A stretch of DNA of 64,000 nt. Source: an uncultured Eubacteriales bacterium. Its GTDB lineage: Bacteria > Bacillota > Clostridia > TANB77 > CAG-508. The position numbers were made by a program, and so were the translations under genes. Positions 9,676 through 19,674 of the stretch are shown here, in pieces. How positions within the stretch are numbered: the stretch's first letter is position 1; each line of letters starts with the position of its first letter. Where the stretch lies: NCBI GenBank assembly GCA_949288185.1, contig CASEIZ010000065.1, forward strand, positions 4,962 to 68,961, read 5' to 3'. The notes below the pieces were generated by a model. That model saw only the letters and a program-made list of their open reading frames with translations. It did no database searches and was not told where the DNA came from.

Positions 9676-10143
9676 ATGAAAGTTTTAAAAGTTTTAATTG
9701 TAATCTTACTTATTTCTATTATGCTTTATATTCCAACAATATCTATGGCTGTATCAGCATCTAATGATGAAAAGATTATCAATGATCTACAGTCATTTGG
9801 TATAGAGAATGTACCAATATTACAACCAAGGACTAGGGCTAGTCAAACGGAATATAATTTTCCAGTTAATTGGAGAAATCAATCAATTTATTTGACACGT
9901 ACTAATACTAATACAGGAATAACAATTACTGCATGGAATAACGGGAGTCATACGGTTGATGTATGTATTTTTAAACAAGGAAGTACATTAGAAGTAGTCG
10001 GACCAACAAAAACAATACAACCAAACACAATAAGTACATTAAGTTGGTCATCAAATAACTTGACAAAAGAAACGAAAATATATGTATATTTTACCATGTA
10101 TGGAACATATTATAATCCTATGAATGTCGTCATAACATATTAA
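9676..10143 (+). CDS. Small secreted beta-rich protein of unknown function
   Basis: Signal peptide MKVLKVLIVILLISIMLYIPTISMAVSA. RBS AAAGGGGGA. Confidence 0.6.
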   Translation: MKVLKVLIVILLISIMLYIPTISMAVSASNDEKIINDLQSFGIENVPILQPRTRASQTEYNFPVNWRNQSIYLTRTNTNTGITITAWNNGSHTVDVCIFKQGSTLEVVGPTKTIQPNTISTLSWSSNNLTKETKIYVYFTMYGTYYNPMNVVITY

Positions 10144-10279
10144 GTAAATATTTGAAAATTTATTATATAAAAATATTAAATATAGCGAATAGAAAATATC
10201 TTGTAATCAAATAATTTTTATTGTATTATATTAAAAGAAATATAGATTGCAAGATATTTTAAAAATTTAGGAGAGAAAA

Positions 10280-10948
10280 ATGTCTAAAATTGAAATTGTA
10301 AATGGATATAAAGAATATATAAAGAATAAAGAAAAAATCGTTGTTTTAAATAATATTAATGTAAAATTTGAAAAAGGAAAAACTTATGCAATAATGGGAA
10401 ATTCTGGTAGTGGTAAAACTACATTATTAAAAATATTAGGAACTTTAGATGTACTAACTAGTGGAAAACTCTTAATTGAAAATAATGATATATTAAAGCT
10501 AGAGGATAATGAAAAAGCAACTATAAGAATGAAAAAAATTGGTTTTATATTTCAAGAGTTTTATTTGAATGAATATATGAATGTTCAAGAAAATATAATG
10601 CAACCAATGTATATAAATAAAGAATATAATAAGGTTACAAGAAGACAACGCGTAAATGAATTAATTAAAATTATGGGGTTAAATCAAAGAACAAAACACT
10701 ATCCAAAGGAACTATCAGGTGGAGAACAACAAAGAGTTGCAATTGCAAGAGCTTTAGCAAATAAGCCAGATATAATATTAGCTGACGAGCCAACAGGAAA
10801 TTTAGATAAGAAGAATGAAGAGAAAATCTTCGAAATATTAAGTCACTTAAGTAAAGAAGGAAAATGTGTAATAATCGTTTCACATAGTAACGTTGTAAAA
10901 AAATATGCTGATGTCGTATTAAATTTAGAAGAAGGAAAATTAAAGTAA
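10280..10948 (+). CDS. ABC transporter ATP-binding protein (MacB/LolD type)
   Basis: Walker A GNSGSGKTT, signature LSGGEQQR, Walker B ILADEPTGNLD. Confidence 0.9.
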   Translation: MSKIEIVNGYKEYIKNKEKIVVLNNINVKFEKGKTYAIMGNSGSGKTTLLKILGTLDVLTSGKLLIENNDILKLEDNEKATIRMKKIGFIFQEFYLNEYMNVQENIMQPMYINKEYNKVTRRQRVNELIKIMGLNQRTKHYPKELSGGEQQRVAIARALANKPDIILADEPTGNLDKKNEEKIFEILSHLSKEGKCVIIVSHSNVVKKYADVVLNLEEGKLK

Positions 10949-12268
10949 ATGAATTTTAGTACAATATTGAAATTATCTATTCAAAGAGTTATAAAAAATA
11001 GGAAAAGAAATACAATCGTTCTTATTCCTTTAATTATTATGATTATATTACTATTATTTTCAATAATAATACAATATTCAATGCAATTATATGCTAATAA
11101 TATAGGGTTCAATATTGATATGAGGAGAATTTCAGGGATAAATTATACACCTGAACAATATCAAAAAATTGTTGAAAAATTATCTTCTATGGAACACATA
11201 GATATGATAGTAGGTCAATATGATTCAAGAATAGTCGCTACAGTAACATGTGAGCAATTTCAGAATGAAAAAACAGATGGAAAAGTGTATGAAGCACCAT
11301 CAAATGATAAAACTTCTCCTGATGTAATTAAGGGAAGAAAAATAAATAATGATGACAAATATGTTATTATAATTCCAGATAAAATTTATGCAGATGGTAA
11401 CACAATTAGAACATTTGAAAATCCTGTTTTAGAAGATGAATATATAAATGGTGAAGAATTATTAGGAAAAAATGTTAGAATGAGGATACAAGGAGAAAAT
11501 AAGGAGCTTTATAAGTATTTTGAGGTTATAGGAATATATGATAGCAGTAAATATGAAGATACTCAAACTATATATATGCCCCAAACTATAATTAGAGAAT
11601 TAAACAAAGAGTTAGAAGTAACTTTTTCAGAATTTTATATGGAAGTGGTAGTTGATAAAGTAGAAAATCTAAACGAAGTAAAAAATCAACTAATAGAAGA
11701 AGGTATTTTAAATAAGAGTAAGATACAAATAGATGCTTCTGATGATAAAGAAATAAGTATCGAATATTCAAATTTTATATCTACAACCAATATCAATATA
11801 GAAACGTTGCAATTAATTAAAAATACCACATATTTTCTATTAGTTTCCTCATTTTTAATTTTAATAGTTTTATTAATAACAACAAATATAAATAAGACAT
11901 ACATATCAGCTACAGAATTAGGAATATTAAAAATAGAAGGCTATAAGAATAAACATATACAAGTAATCACAATATTTGAAAATATATTTATTTGCATAAT
12001 TGCTTTTATAATTGCTTTTATTTTATTTAAAATATTACAAATAATTGGTAATTTCATAATAGACTATTTAATACAAAAAGATACAATAAGCTTAACTTTA
12101 AACAATATTAAAGAACAGCTCTTTTTGATTAAAAGAATCCCGCAGAAAATAAATTATAATATTGTAATAATTGTTTTTTTCTTTATAATTTTAGTAGAAA
12201 GCATAAATACTTTTTTTATAAATAAGAGAGTTTTGAAAAAAAATATATCTGATATTATAAAAATATAG
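10949..12268 (+). CDS. ABC transporter permease, FtsX/MacB family
   Basis: N-terminal TM, a large extracytoplasmic domain and a C-terminal FtsX-type 3-TM domain (LGILKIEGYKNKHI). The start abuts the ATPase stop codon. Confidence 0.75.
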   Translation: MNFSTILKLSIQRVIKNRKRNTIVLIPLIIMIILLLFSIIIQYSMQLYANNIGFNIDMRRISGINYTPEQYQKIVEKLSSMEHIDMIVGQYDSRIVATVTCEQFQNEKTDGKVYEAPSNDKTSPDVIKGRKINNDDKYVIIIPDKIYADGNTIRTFENPVLEDEYINGEELLGKNVRMRIQGENKELYKYFEVIGIYDSSKYEDTQTIYMPQTIIRELNKELEVTFSEFYMEVVVDKVENLNEVKNQLIEEGILNKSKIQIDASDDKEISIEYSNFISTTNINIETLQLIKNTTYFLLVSSFLILIVLLITTNINKTYISATELGILKIEGYKNKHIQVITIFENIFICIIAFIIAFILFKILQIIGNFIIDYLIQKDTISLTLNNIKEQLFLIKRIPQKINYNIVIIVFFFIILVESINTFFINKRVLKKNISDIIKI

Positions 12269-12368
12269 TAGGTAAGTTAATTGATTCGATTCAATATAAA
12301 AAATATATTGAGAATCCAGGGAAGGAGAAAATCGTATAATCCATATTTTCATTATACGGCAAAATAAA

Positions 12369-14045
12369 ATGAAAGAAAAATTAAAAAAATATAAATATAT
12401 TTTGATTATTTTGGTAGTATCGATTATTGCATCAATTCCACTTTTCAGAAAAGATTTAGATGTGTATTATGACGATGGAATTCAACATATAGCTAGAGCA
12501 TATGCAACGTATTTATCGATTATAAATGGTGAACATACAGAAGTTTTATCTAGTCTAGCAAACGGATTTGGATATAGTTGGGATTTGTTTTATGGGAATT
12601 TTTCAACGATAGTCATTTTAATAGGTAAATGCATAACAACAACCTTCATAGGGGGATATAAATTTACTTTGTTTATAGGACTTTTCCTTTCGCGGAATAA
12701 CCATGTATTGGTTTGTAAGTCGATTAACCAAAAGTAAAGAAATAGGAAGTCTTGCAGCAATTTTATACATGTTAATGCCATATCATCTAAATGATATGTA
12801 TATTAGAAATGCTTTAGGAGAATTTTTAAGTTATATCTTTATTCCATTGGTATTTTTAGGATTGTATAAAATATTCCAGAAAGAAAAAGGCAGTTGGATA
12901 TTATGTGTAGGTACTGTTCGGTTTGATTTTGACACATATTTTAATGACTTTGTTAACAGCTATTATGGCTGGTATATATGTGTGTGTCAATATTGTAAAA
13001 TTAAAATATAAGGAAATCTTAAAACCATTAGGGATTTCTATATTATGTATTCTTGGAATTAGTGCATTTTTCTGGATACCTATGGCAGAAACCTATTTTT
13101 CGGCTGATTATGCAGTATATCAAGAAGATAGTATGGCAACTACAGAATCTTTACATGAAAGTGGATTAGATATAAAAACATTATTATATACAGATACAAA
13201 AGGAGATACAACACATGTATTCGAAGTGGGGATACCAATTCTAATCATGCTTTGTTTATCTGTATTTGCGATAAAAAAAGGAATCGACAAAAAATACAAA
13301 AAAGAATATATTTTATTTTTAATTTTAGGAATAGTATCTACGGTAATAACTATAAAGCAATTCCCATGGGGAATATTTGAAGATATTTTTCAAATTATAC
13401 AATTTAAATGGAGAATGCTATTATTTTCGAATTTCTTCTTAGCTATTATTTGTGCAATGAATATGAATGCGGTGATAAAGAAATTTAATTATAAAGACAT
13501 GATTGTCGTTTCTACCATTTGTATTTTATATGCTGGATTGCTTATACCGTTACTACAAATAAATTCGGAAATTCAGGATATTGATCAATATACCATAGGA
13601 GAAGTTACAGAAAATAAAAGAGATACCATTGTTGGAATGGGAAAAGGAGAATATTTAACTGTAAAGAGTAATAACAATAGAGAATATATAAAAACAAGGG
13701 AAGATACGGTTTATGTGTTAAAAGGTATGCGGAGAGATTGAAGAAATGAATAAGAACGGTCAAAATTTAAGTTGCAAGATAAAAATTTTAGAAAATGGAA
13801 CAATCTTGGAATTTCCATATATATATTATCCAGGATATAAAATAACCGTAAATGGTAATGAAGTAGAAAGTTTTGAAAGTGAGAATGGATTTTTAGCAAT
13901 TTCTTTACCGGAAATGTCAAGTTCAGAAGTTGTTGTAGAATATGTAGGAACAAATTTAATGTTTGTATCAAAAATAATTTCTGGAATGACATTAATCAGT
14001 ATCATGATATATGAAATTTATAAGAAAAAAATAAAAGGGGAGTAA
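12369..14045 (+). pseudogene. Large polytopic membrane protein (glycosyltransferase-39/YfhO-like topology; family not certain) read in frames 0,+1,+2,0; each break is at an in-frame CGG
   Basis: The four track ORFs 12369..12737, 12703..13011, 12923..13741 and 13746..14045 join seamlessly if the C of CGG is skipped at 12693, 12919 and 13730. The junctions read ...LFLS-GITMYWF..., ...CVGTV-GLILTH..., ...VLKGM-GEIEEMNKNG... Confidence 0.65.
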
Positions 14046-14058
14046 AAGTCCCCTTTTT
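14033..14058 (+). terminator. Rho-independent terminator
   Basis: aaagggga-gtaaaag-tccccttttt, overlapping the stop codon. Confidence 0.6.
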
Positions 14059-14154
14059 CTTTTACAAATTAAAATAGTAAAGAAAGTAGATTGCTATTTA
14101 TAGCAGAAAATGATAAAATGGAAAGGAAGAAATAAGAAAAGAAGAGGTAAAAAT

Positions 14155-14883
14155 ATGGAAAAAGTAGCAGTTGTAACAGGTGGTTCAAGAGGAATTGGGA
14201 AAGCCATTGTAGAAGCTTTGGCAAGAAAAAATGTAAAGGTAATAGCAAACTATAATCAATCTGAAGAAAAGGCAAAAAAATTAAAAGAAGAATTAGAAAA
14301 AGAAAATATAGAGATAGATATTTTTAAAGCAGATGTGTCTAAAAGAGAAGAAGTAAAAAAGATGATTGATTATACCATAAAAAAATATGGGAAAATTGAT
14401 ATACTGATTAATAATGCTGGAATTGATCAAGAAAAAATGTTTCAAGATATTACAGATGAAGATTGGAACAATGTCATGAAAGTAAATTTGTATTCCGTTT
14501 TTTGTACAACGCAAGAAGTGATACCATATATGATAAATCAAAAGAATGGGTGCATTATTAATATTTCTTCTATCTATGGAATTAATGGAGGATCTTGTGC
14601 AGTAGCATATTCTGCGACAAAAGCAGGAATAGATGGAATGACAAAAGCTTTAGCAAAAGAATTAGGACCTTCAAATATAAGAGTAAATTCAATAGCTCCG
14701 GGATATATAGATACAGATATGAATAAAAAATATTCAAAAGAAGAGAGAGAACAAATAAAGGAAGAAACACCACTAGAAAAAATAGGAAAACCAGAAGATA
14801 TAGCTAAATGCATAGAATGGCTTATAGAAGATAATTTTACAACAGGACAAGTCATTTCCATAAATGGAGGATGGGTAATTTGA
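14155..14883 (+). CDS. Short-chain dehydrogenase/reductase, 3-oxoacyl-ACP reductase (FabG)-like
   Basis: TGGSRGIGKA NAD(P)-binding motif, NNAG, and the YSATKAG catalytic motif. RBS AGAGG lies before the ATG at 14155, so the track start at 14110 is probably too long. Confidence 0.8.
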   Translation: MEKVAVVTGGSRGIGKAIVEALARKNVKVIANYNQSEEKAKKLKEELEKENIEIDIFKADVSKREEVKKMIDYTIKKYGKIDILINNAGIDQEKMFQDITDEDWNNVMKVNLYSVFCTTQEVIPYMINQKNGCIINISSIYGINGGSCAVAYSATKAGIDGMTKALAKELGPSNIRVNSIAPGYIDTDMNKKYSKEEREQIKEETPLEKIGKPEDIAKCIEWLIEDNFTTGQVISINGGWVI

Positions 14884-14907
14884 TAATTGTCTCATAACAA
14901 CAAAAAA

Positions 14908-14928
14908 CGAGGCTTTCGCGCAAAGCCT
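14908..14928. terminator. Bidirectional terminator hairpin
   Basis: gaggctttcgcgcaaagcctc lies between convergent genes. Confidence 0.6.
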
Positions 14929-14935
14929 CTTATTT

Positions 14936-15412
14936 TTATTCTTCATTATTATTTGTTGCTTTTTTCTTATAGTTTCCAGAAATGATTTTTGGAAGATATG
15001 TAATGATTTTGTATACAGCCAAACGTATCTTCTTACTCCATAAATAAGCTCTTCTTAATTTTCTAGGAGAACCTAATGAAGTTGGTTCATCATCTAAAAC
15101 TAATAATTCTGTTGGAAGTTTTTCTAAATTAAATATATAATTTTGACCATTGTTATTATCCCAATTATTATTTTCATCTCTAAAACAGAAATTGAAAGTA
15201 TTTCCTTCTCCTAATGTAATTTCAGCTTGGAATCCTAAATCTGTTTTTTCCATTACAACATCATTAACATTATCCCAATTATCACCAAATCCATAATGAA
15301 TAGACACCTCTTGAGATGCATCTTGAAATAATTTTCCTGTGTATGAAATTTTAACTCTTGTGTTTTCAACTAATTTATCAGTATTAAAAAATATATTCTT
15401 TGATAACTCCAT
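14936..15412 (-). CDS. Carbohydrate-binding-module-like protein (CBM25/53 starch-binding type) with a basic amphipathic C-terminal tail
   Basis: The pattern IHYGFGDNWDNV...FNFCFRDENNNWDNNNGQNY resembles starch-binding CBM repeats. Confidence 0.35.
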   Translation of the reverse strand: MELSKNIFFNTDKLVENTRVKISYTGKLFQDASQEVSIHYGFGDNWDNVNDVVMEKTDLGFQAEITLGEGNTFNFCFRDENNNWDNNNGQNYIFNLEKLPTELLVLDDEPTSLGSPRKLRRAYLWSKKIRLAVYKIITYLPKIISGNYKKKATNNNEE

Positions 15413-15671
15413 TTTTTTAATCTCCTTATTTATCTTTTGCTAAAAACATTATAATATTAAATTTTACATTCTTCAAGTGTTTTTTCTAAAAATAAACAAA
15501 ATATTGAAAATGTAATCATTTTGTAATTGTTTTGTAATAAATATATGAATGAGGAAGTGTTAAGATGAATAAGATATATGATAAAGAAAATCTATCCTAA
15601 ACTATATAAAGATATTGTCAAAAAAGTAAGAATATGATAATATTTAAAGAGAATGAAAAGGGGAAGATAGT

Positions 15672-17750
15672 ATGAAAGAAGATTTAATGGAGGCAAAAGA
15701 AATGGAGCCTAAAGAAGAGTTAAAAGAAAAGATACAGGAAGAAAATCATGAGGTAAAACCAATAAAAGAAGAGCAAAATAAAGAAGAAATCGTACAAGAT
15801 AAAAAAGGAGTAACTGAAAAAGTAGATGAAAAAGAAGTAGCAAAAACAGATGAATTAAATAAAACTGAAACAAATGAACAACAAGAAAAAAAAGAGAAGA
15901 AAAAAACGGAAAAGCCAAAAAAGGATATAGAAAGCCAAAAAGATTCTAAAGAAAATGTAAAAAAAGATAAAAAGAAAAAAGACAAAGAAAATCAAACTGA
16001 AAAAAAACAAACGAAAAAAGTGAAAAAAATTATTATTTCTATTGTTATTGTTGCTATTATAGCATTGGTATTTTCAACAGTATTTGCTTTAACAAACATT
16101 AATAATGAAAAAATTATTAGTGGTGTTACAATTAAAGGAATAGAGGTTTCAGGATTAACAAAGGAAGAAGCAATTGCAAAGTTGGAAACTACATATGCTC
16201 AAAAAATGGAAAATAATATCATGTTACAATATGAGGATTTTGAATCAGAATTAAATCCAACATTAATGGAAGTAAAGTATGATATAGAAAAAGCAGTGAA
16301 TGAAGCATATTCTTTAGGAAGAGATGGAAATATATTTATCAACAATTTTAACATAGTAGGAACACTAATTGGTAAAAGAGATATTGATGTAGATATGACA
16401 ATGAATGAAGAAACGACAAAACAAACCATTAATGATATTGGTACGAATTTACCAGGAATCTTGATAGAATCTAGTTATAGTGTAGAAGAGGATGAATTAA
16501 TTATAACCAGAGGTAAAGAGGGAGTTGTTATTAATACAGATACACTTTTATCACAAGTAAAAGATATGTTAAATGATATTCATGAAACAGAAAATGTCAT
16601 ACAAATTCCAGTAGAAACAAAGACACCACAAGAAATTGACATTGATAAAATCCATAGTGAAGTATATCAAGAACCACAAGATGCTTATTATACAAAAGAA
16701 CCTTTTACAGTTTATCCAGAAGTGGAAGGAATTGATTTTGATGTAGAAAAAGCAAAAGAAATAATTTCAGCTGAAGTAAAAGATGAATATGTGATAGAAT
16801 TAATTATAACAAAACCAAAAGTAACGCTAGAAGATATTGGAACAGAAGCATTTCCAGATCGATTATCTACATTTTCTACTAGATATGATGCTAGTGATAA
16901 AGATAGAACAACAAATTTAGTAATCGCTTGCCGAAAATTAAATGGAACAGTAATTATGCCAGGAGAAACCTTCTCATATAATAAAGCATTAGGACCAAGA
17001 ACATATGCAGCAGGTTATAGAAATGGAAAAATATATGAAAATGGTCAAGTAGTAGACGGATTAGGAGGCGGCATCTGCCAAATTTCTTCAACATTATATA
17101 ATGCAGCTTTAATGTCAGATATGGAAATTGTCGAAAGAAGAAATCACCAATTTGTTACATCATATGTAGATAAAGGAAGAGATGCCACAGTTGTATATGG
17201 CTTAACAGATTTTAGATTTAAGAATACAAGAACGTATCCAGTAAGACTTGTAGCATCTGCTACAGGAGGAGTTGCAACCGTTTCTGTATATGGAATAAAA
17301 GAAGCAGATAGAGAATATACATATTCATTTAGAACAGATGTTATATCAACAATACCATATACAACTAAATATGTTGAAGATTCAAGTGTAGCAGCTGGTA
17401 AGGAAGTGGTAACACAAAAAGGAACAAATGGATTAGTTTGTAAAACATATATGACAAAAATGTTAAATGGAAAAGTGGTTTCAACAAAATTACTTTCAAC
17501 AGATACCTATAGTGCAATGCAAAGAATTGTTAAGAGAGGAACATCAACAACAACTTCTAATCAAAGTCCATCTACACCTACAACAGGTTCAGAAACAAAT
17601 AATAATGAATCAACAGAACAAAGTCCAGTAGAGACACCGCCAACGCAAAAACCAGAAGAACCACAAAAACCTGAAGAACCACAAAAACCAGAAGAGCCAC
17701 AAGAGTCACAAGAACCAGAACAAGGAACACAAACAGAAACAACTGAATAG
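15672..17750 (+). CDS. VanW-family protein with a K/E-rich N-terminus, one TM, a G5 domain and a P/E/Q-rich tail
   Basis: VanW core GETFSYNKALGPRT...GGGICQISSTLYNAA...RRNH. G5-like segment VVTQKGTNGLVCKTY...VKRGT. C-terminal tandem repeat (Q)KPEEPQ x3. Confidence 0.8.
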   Translation: MKEDLMEAKEMEPKEELKEKIQEENHEVKPIKEEQNKEEIVQDKKGVTEKVDEKEVAKTDELNKTETNEQQEKKEKKKTEKPKKDIESQKDSKENVKKDKKKKDKENQTEKKQTKKVKKIIISIVIVAIIALVFSTVFALTNINNEKIISGVTIKGIEVSGLTKEEAIAKLETTYAQKMENNIMLQYEDFESELNPTLMEVKYDIEKAVNEAYSLGRDGNIFINNFNIVGTLIGKRDIDVDMTMNEETTKQTINDIGTNLPGILIESSYSVEEDELIITRGKEGVVINTDTLLSQVKDMLNDIHETENVIQIPVETKTPQEIDIDKIHSEVYQEPQDAYYTKEPFTVYPEVEGIDFDVEKAKEIISAEVKDEYVIELIITKPKVTLEDIGTEAFPDRLSTFSTRYDASDKDRTTNLVIACRKLNGTVIMPGETFSYNKALGPRTYAAGYRNGKIYENGQVVDGLGGGICQISSTLYNAALMSDMEIVERRNHQFVTSYVDKGRDATVVYGLTDFRFKNTRTYPVRLVASATGGVATVSVYGIKEADREYTYSFRTDVISTIPYTTKYVEDSSVAAGKEVVTQKGTNGLVCKTYMTKMLNGKVVSTKLLSTDTYSAMQRIVKRGTSTTTSNQSPSTPTTGSETNNNESTEQSPVETPPTQKPEEPQKPEEPQKPEEPQESQEPEQGTQTETTE

Positions 17751-17765
17751 ATGAAAATTAATTAT

Positions 17766-17797
17766 TACGCGCCAATTTTACAAAATTGGCGCGTGAA
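17766..17797 (+). terminator. Rho-independent terminator
   Basis: acgcgccaatttt-acaa-aattggcgcgt. Confidence 0.6.
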
Positions 17798-17908
17798 CAT
17801 TTCTTAGTTGTGTGAAGCAAAGCAAGCTACAAATAAGTTATATATAGGAACGAAGCAGACTTTAAAATAGCATAAATAGAAAATGTCTAAGAAAGCCTGC
17901 TATTGTTC

Positions 17909-17937
17909 TTGACAAAAGAAAAAAAAGTAGTATAATA
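17909..17937 (+). promoter_or_regulatory. Promoter of tRNA-Lys(CUU)
   Basis: TTGACA, 16-17 nt spacer, TATAAT. Confidence 0.5.
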
Positions 17938-17959
17938 ATATATGTCTAAATGAAAAAAT

Positions 17960-18035
17960 GCGCCATTAGCTCAGTTGGTAGAGCAGCAGACTCTTAATCT
18001 GATGGTCGGAGGTTCGATCCCTCTATGGCGCACCA
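17960..18035 (+). tRNA. tRNA-Lys (anticodon CUU)
   Basis: Acceptor GCGCCAT/ATGGCGC. Anticodon loop CTCTTAA. T-loop GGTTCGATCCC. CCA encoded. Confidence 0.85.
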
Positions 18036-18127
18036 CTACAATACAAAAAAGTAAATCTAAATAAATATAAAAACATTAGATTTATTTTTTTGTTTTAAAA
18101 TACAAATTATGTAAATTTTAAAAAGGG

Positions 18128-19087
18128 GTGAGAGATTTGCTAAAAATTTATAACACAAATATGGAAACAAACAAATTAGAAGAAATTAAAGAATTTAGAA
18201 AAGGAAGCTGGATTAATTTAGTAAATCCCTCCGAAAATGAAATCAAAAGAGTATGTGAAAGTATTAATATTCAAGAGGACTTTATAAGAGATGCATTAGA
18301 CTATGAAGAAAAAGCTAGAATTGATGAAGAAGATGATGATAATACAATTCTTTTTGTAATTGATGTTCCAGTAATTGAAAAAAGTGAAGACAATGATATC
18401 TATTCTACAATGCCATTAGGAATGATTGTAGTAAGAGATGACTTTTTCATAACAGTATCTTTGAGAAAAAATAAAGTTATAGAAGATTTTGAAAAAAGAA
18501 AAATCAAAAATTTTCAGACATATAAAAAGACTAGATTTATTTTTCAAATCTTTTACTTAAATGCATCATATTTCTTAAATTACTTAAAACAAATCAATAA
18601 AGAAACAGAAATTGCGGAATATATTTTAAAAAATTCTATGAAAAATAAAGAATTGTTAAAATTATTAAGTTTAGAGAAAGGTTTAGTATATTTTGCAACA
18701 TCATTAAAATCAAATGAAATCGTCATGGAAAAAACGATGAGAGGAAAAATTGTAAAGTTATATGATGATGATGAAGATATATTAGAAGATGCTATTATCG
18801 AAAATAGACAAGCGATAGAGATGGCTCAAATCTATACAAATATCTTAAATGGAACAATGGATGCTTATGCTTCTATTATTTCAAATAATCTAAATGGAGT
18901 GATGAAATTTTTAACTTCTATTACCATTGTATTAGCTATTCCTACAATGATATCAAGTTTTTGGGGAATGAATGTGAAATTACCATTTGAAAATAGTCCA
19001 ATGGGATTTATTATCATGGTACTCATTGCAGTTGTATTAACACTAGTAGTAACATGGTGGCTAAAGAGAAAAGATATGTTAAATTAA
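18128..19087 (+). CDS. corA: CorA-family magnesium/cobalt transporter
   Basis: C-terminal two TM helices with the signature FWGMNVKLPF. The start is uncertain (GTG 18128, TTG 18137 or ATG 18170). Confidence 0.85.
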   Translation: MRDLLKIYNTNMETNKLEEIKEFRKGSWINLVNPSENEIKRVCESINIQEDFIRDALDYEEKARIDEEDDDNTILFVIDVPVIEKSEDNDIYSTMPLGMIVVRDDFFITVSLRKNKVIEDFEKRKIKNFQTYKKTRFIFQIFYLNASYFLNYLKQINKETEIAEYILKNSMKNKELLKLLSLEKGLVYFATSLKSNEIVMEKTMRGKIVKLYDDDEDILEDAIIENRQAIEMAQIYTNILNGTMDAYASIISNNLNGVMKFLTSITIVLAIPTMISSFWGMNVKLPFENSPMGFIIMVLIAVVLTLVVTWWLKRKDMLN

Positions 19088-19146
19088 AAGGGATTTTGGA
19101 GACGGACGAAAAGGGAAAAATGAGTCCGTCCCCAAAATCCCTTTTT
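19087..19146. repeat. Back-to-back inverted pair of the GGGGACGGAC repeat family (21-bp stem hairpin), also the corA terminator
   Basis: aaagggattttggagacggac (19087-19107) pairs with gtccgtccccaaaatcccttt (19124-19144). Confidence 0.8.
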
Positions 19147-19247
19147 AATTGAGAATTATTGTAAAAAAGAAAAATTTTCAAATATTGTATAAATAAAAAA
19201 GAAAAAGGTTAAAATAATATAAAAATACAGTAAAAGGAGGAAAAGAG

Positions 19248-19436
19248 ATGAAAGTAATAGATAAAATCGCATTAGTTTTAATTATCATTGGTGCTATCAA
19301 TTGGGGATTAATTGCATTATTCGAATTAGATTTAGTAGCTTTAGTATTTGGAGAAATGACAATCTGGTCAAGGATTGTATATGGACTAGTGGGATTATCT
19401 GGTCTATGGGGTATCAAGTTATTATTTGATGATTAA
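19248..19436 (+). CDS. DUF378 small membrane protein
   Basis: The segment IIGAINWGLIALFELDLVA is typical of DUF378. RBS AAGGAGGA. Confidence 0.7.
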   Translation: MKVIDKIALVLIIIGAINWGLIALFELDLVALVFGEMTIWSRIVYGLVGLSGLWGIKLLFDD

Positions 19437-19522
19437 GGTTAGATGTTTTTTATATATGAAAAATAAATTTTGAAAGGGAATCTTGGATTCCCTTTTTTCC
19501 CTTTTTTCCGTATATAAAATCC

Positions 19523-19551
19523 TTGAAAAATATGTAAAAATAGTATATAAT
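19523..19551 (+). promoter_or_regulatory. Promoter upstream of the ABC-F gene
   Basis: TTGAAA (19523-28), 17 nt spacer, TATAAT (19546-51). Confidence 0.5.
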
Positions 19552-19571
19552 ACCAACGATAAAAAGTTTAG

Positions 19572-19644
19572 TTTTATTGTAGACAGAAAATCTTAAATAA
19601 GCTCAAGCTCAAGCTCAAATCAGATTTTTTCTACACAATAAAAA
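19572..19644 (+). promoter_or_regulatory. Leader hairpin with a (GCTCAA)x3 loop and U-run; candidate attenuator
   Basis: ttttattgtagacagaaaatct pairs imperfectly with agattttttctacacaataaaa. The loop contains gctcaagctcaagctcaa. Confidence 0.35.
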
Positions 19645-19674
19645 TTAAAAGCTTAAAAGAAAGGAATGAAATAC

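Noticed and set aside
18036-18127. M-box (Mg) riboswitch upstream of corA
   Set aside because: The spacer is only about 90 nt. It consists of the tRNA-Lys terminator hairpin plus AT-rich sequence, which is too short and unstructured for an M-box.
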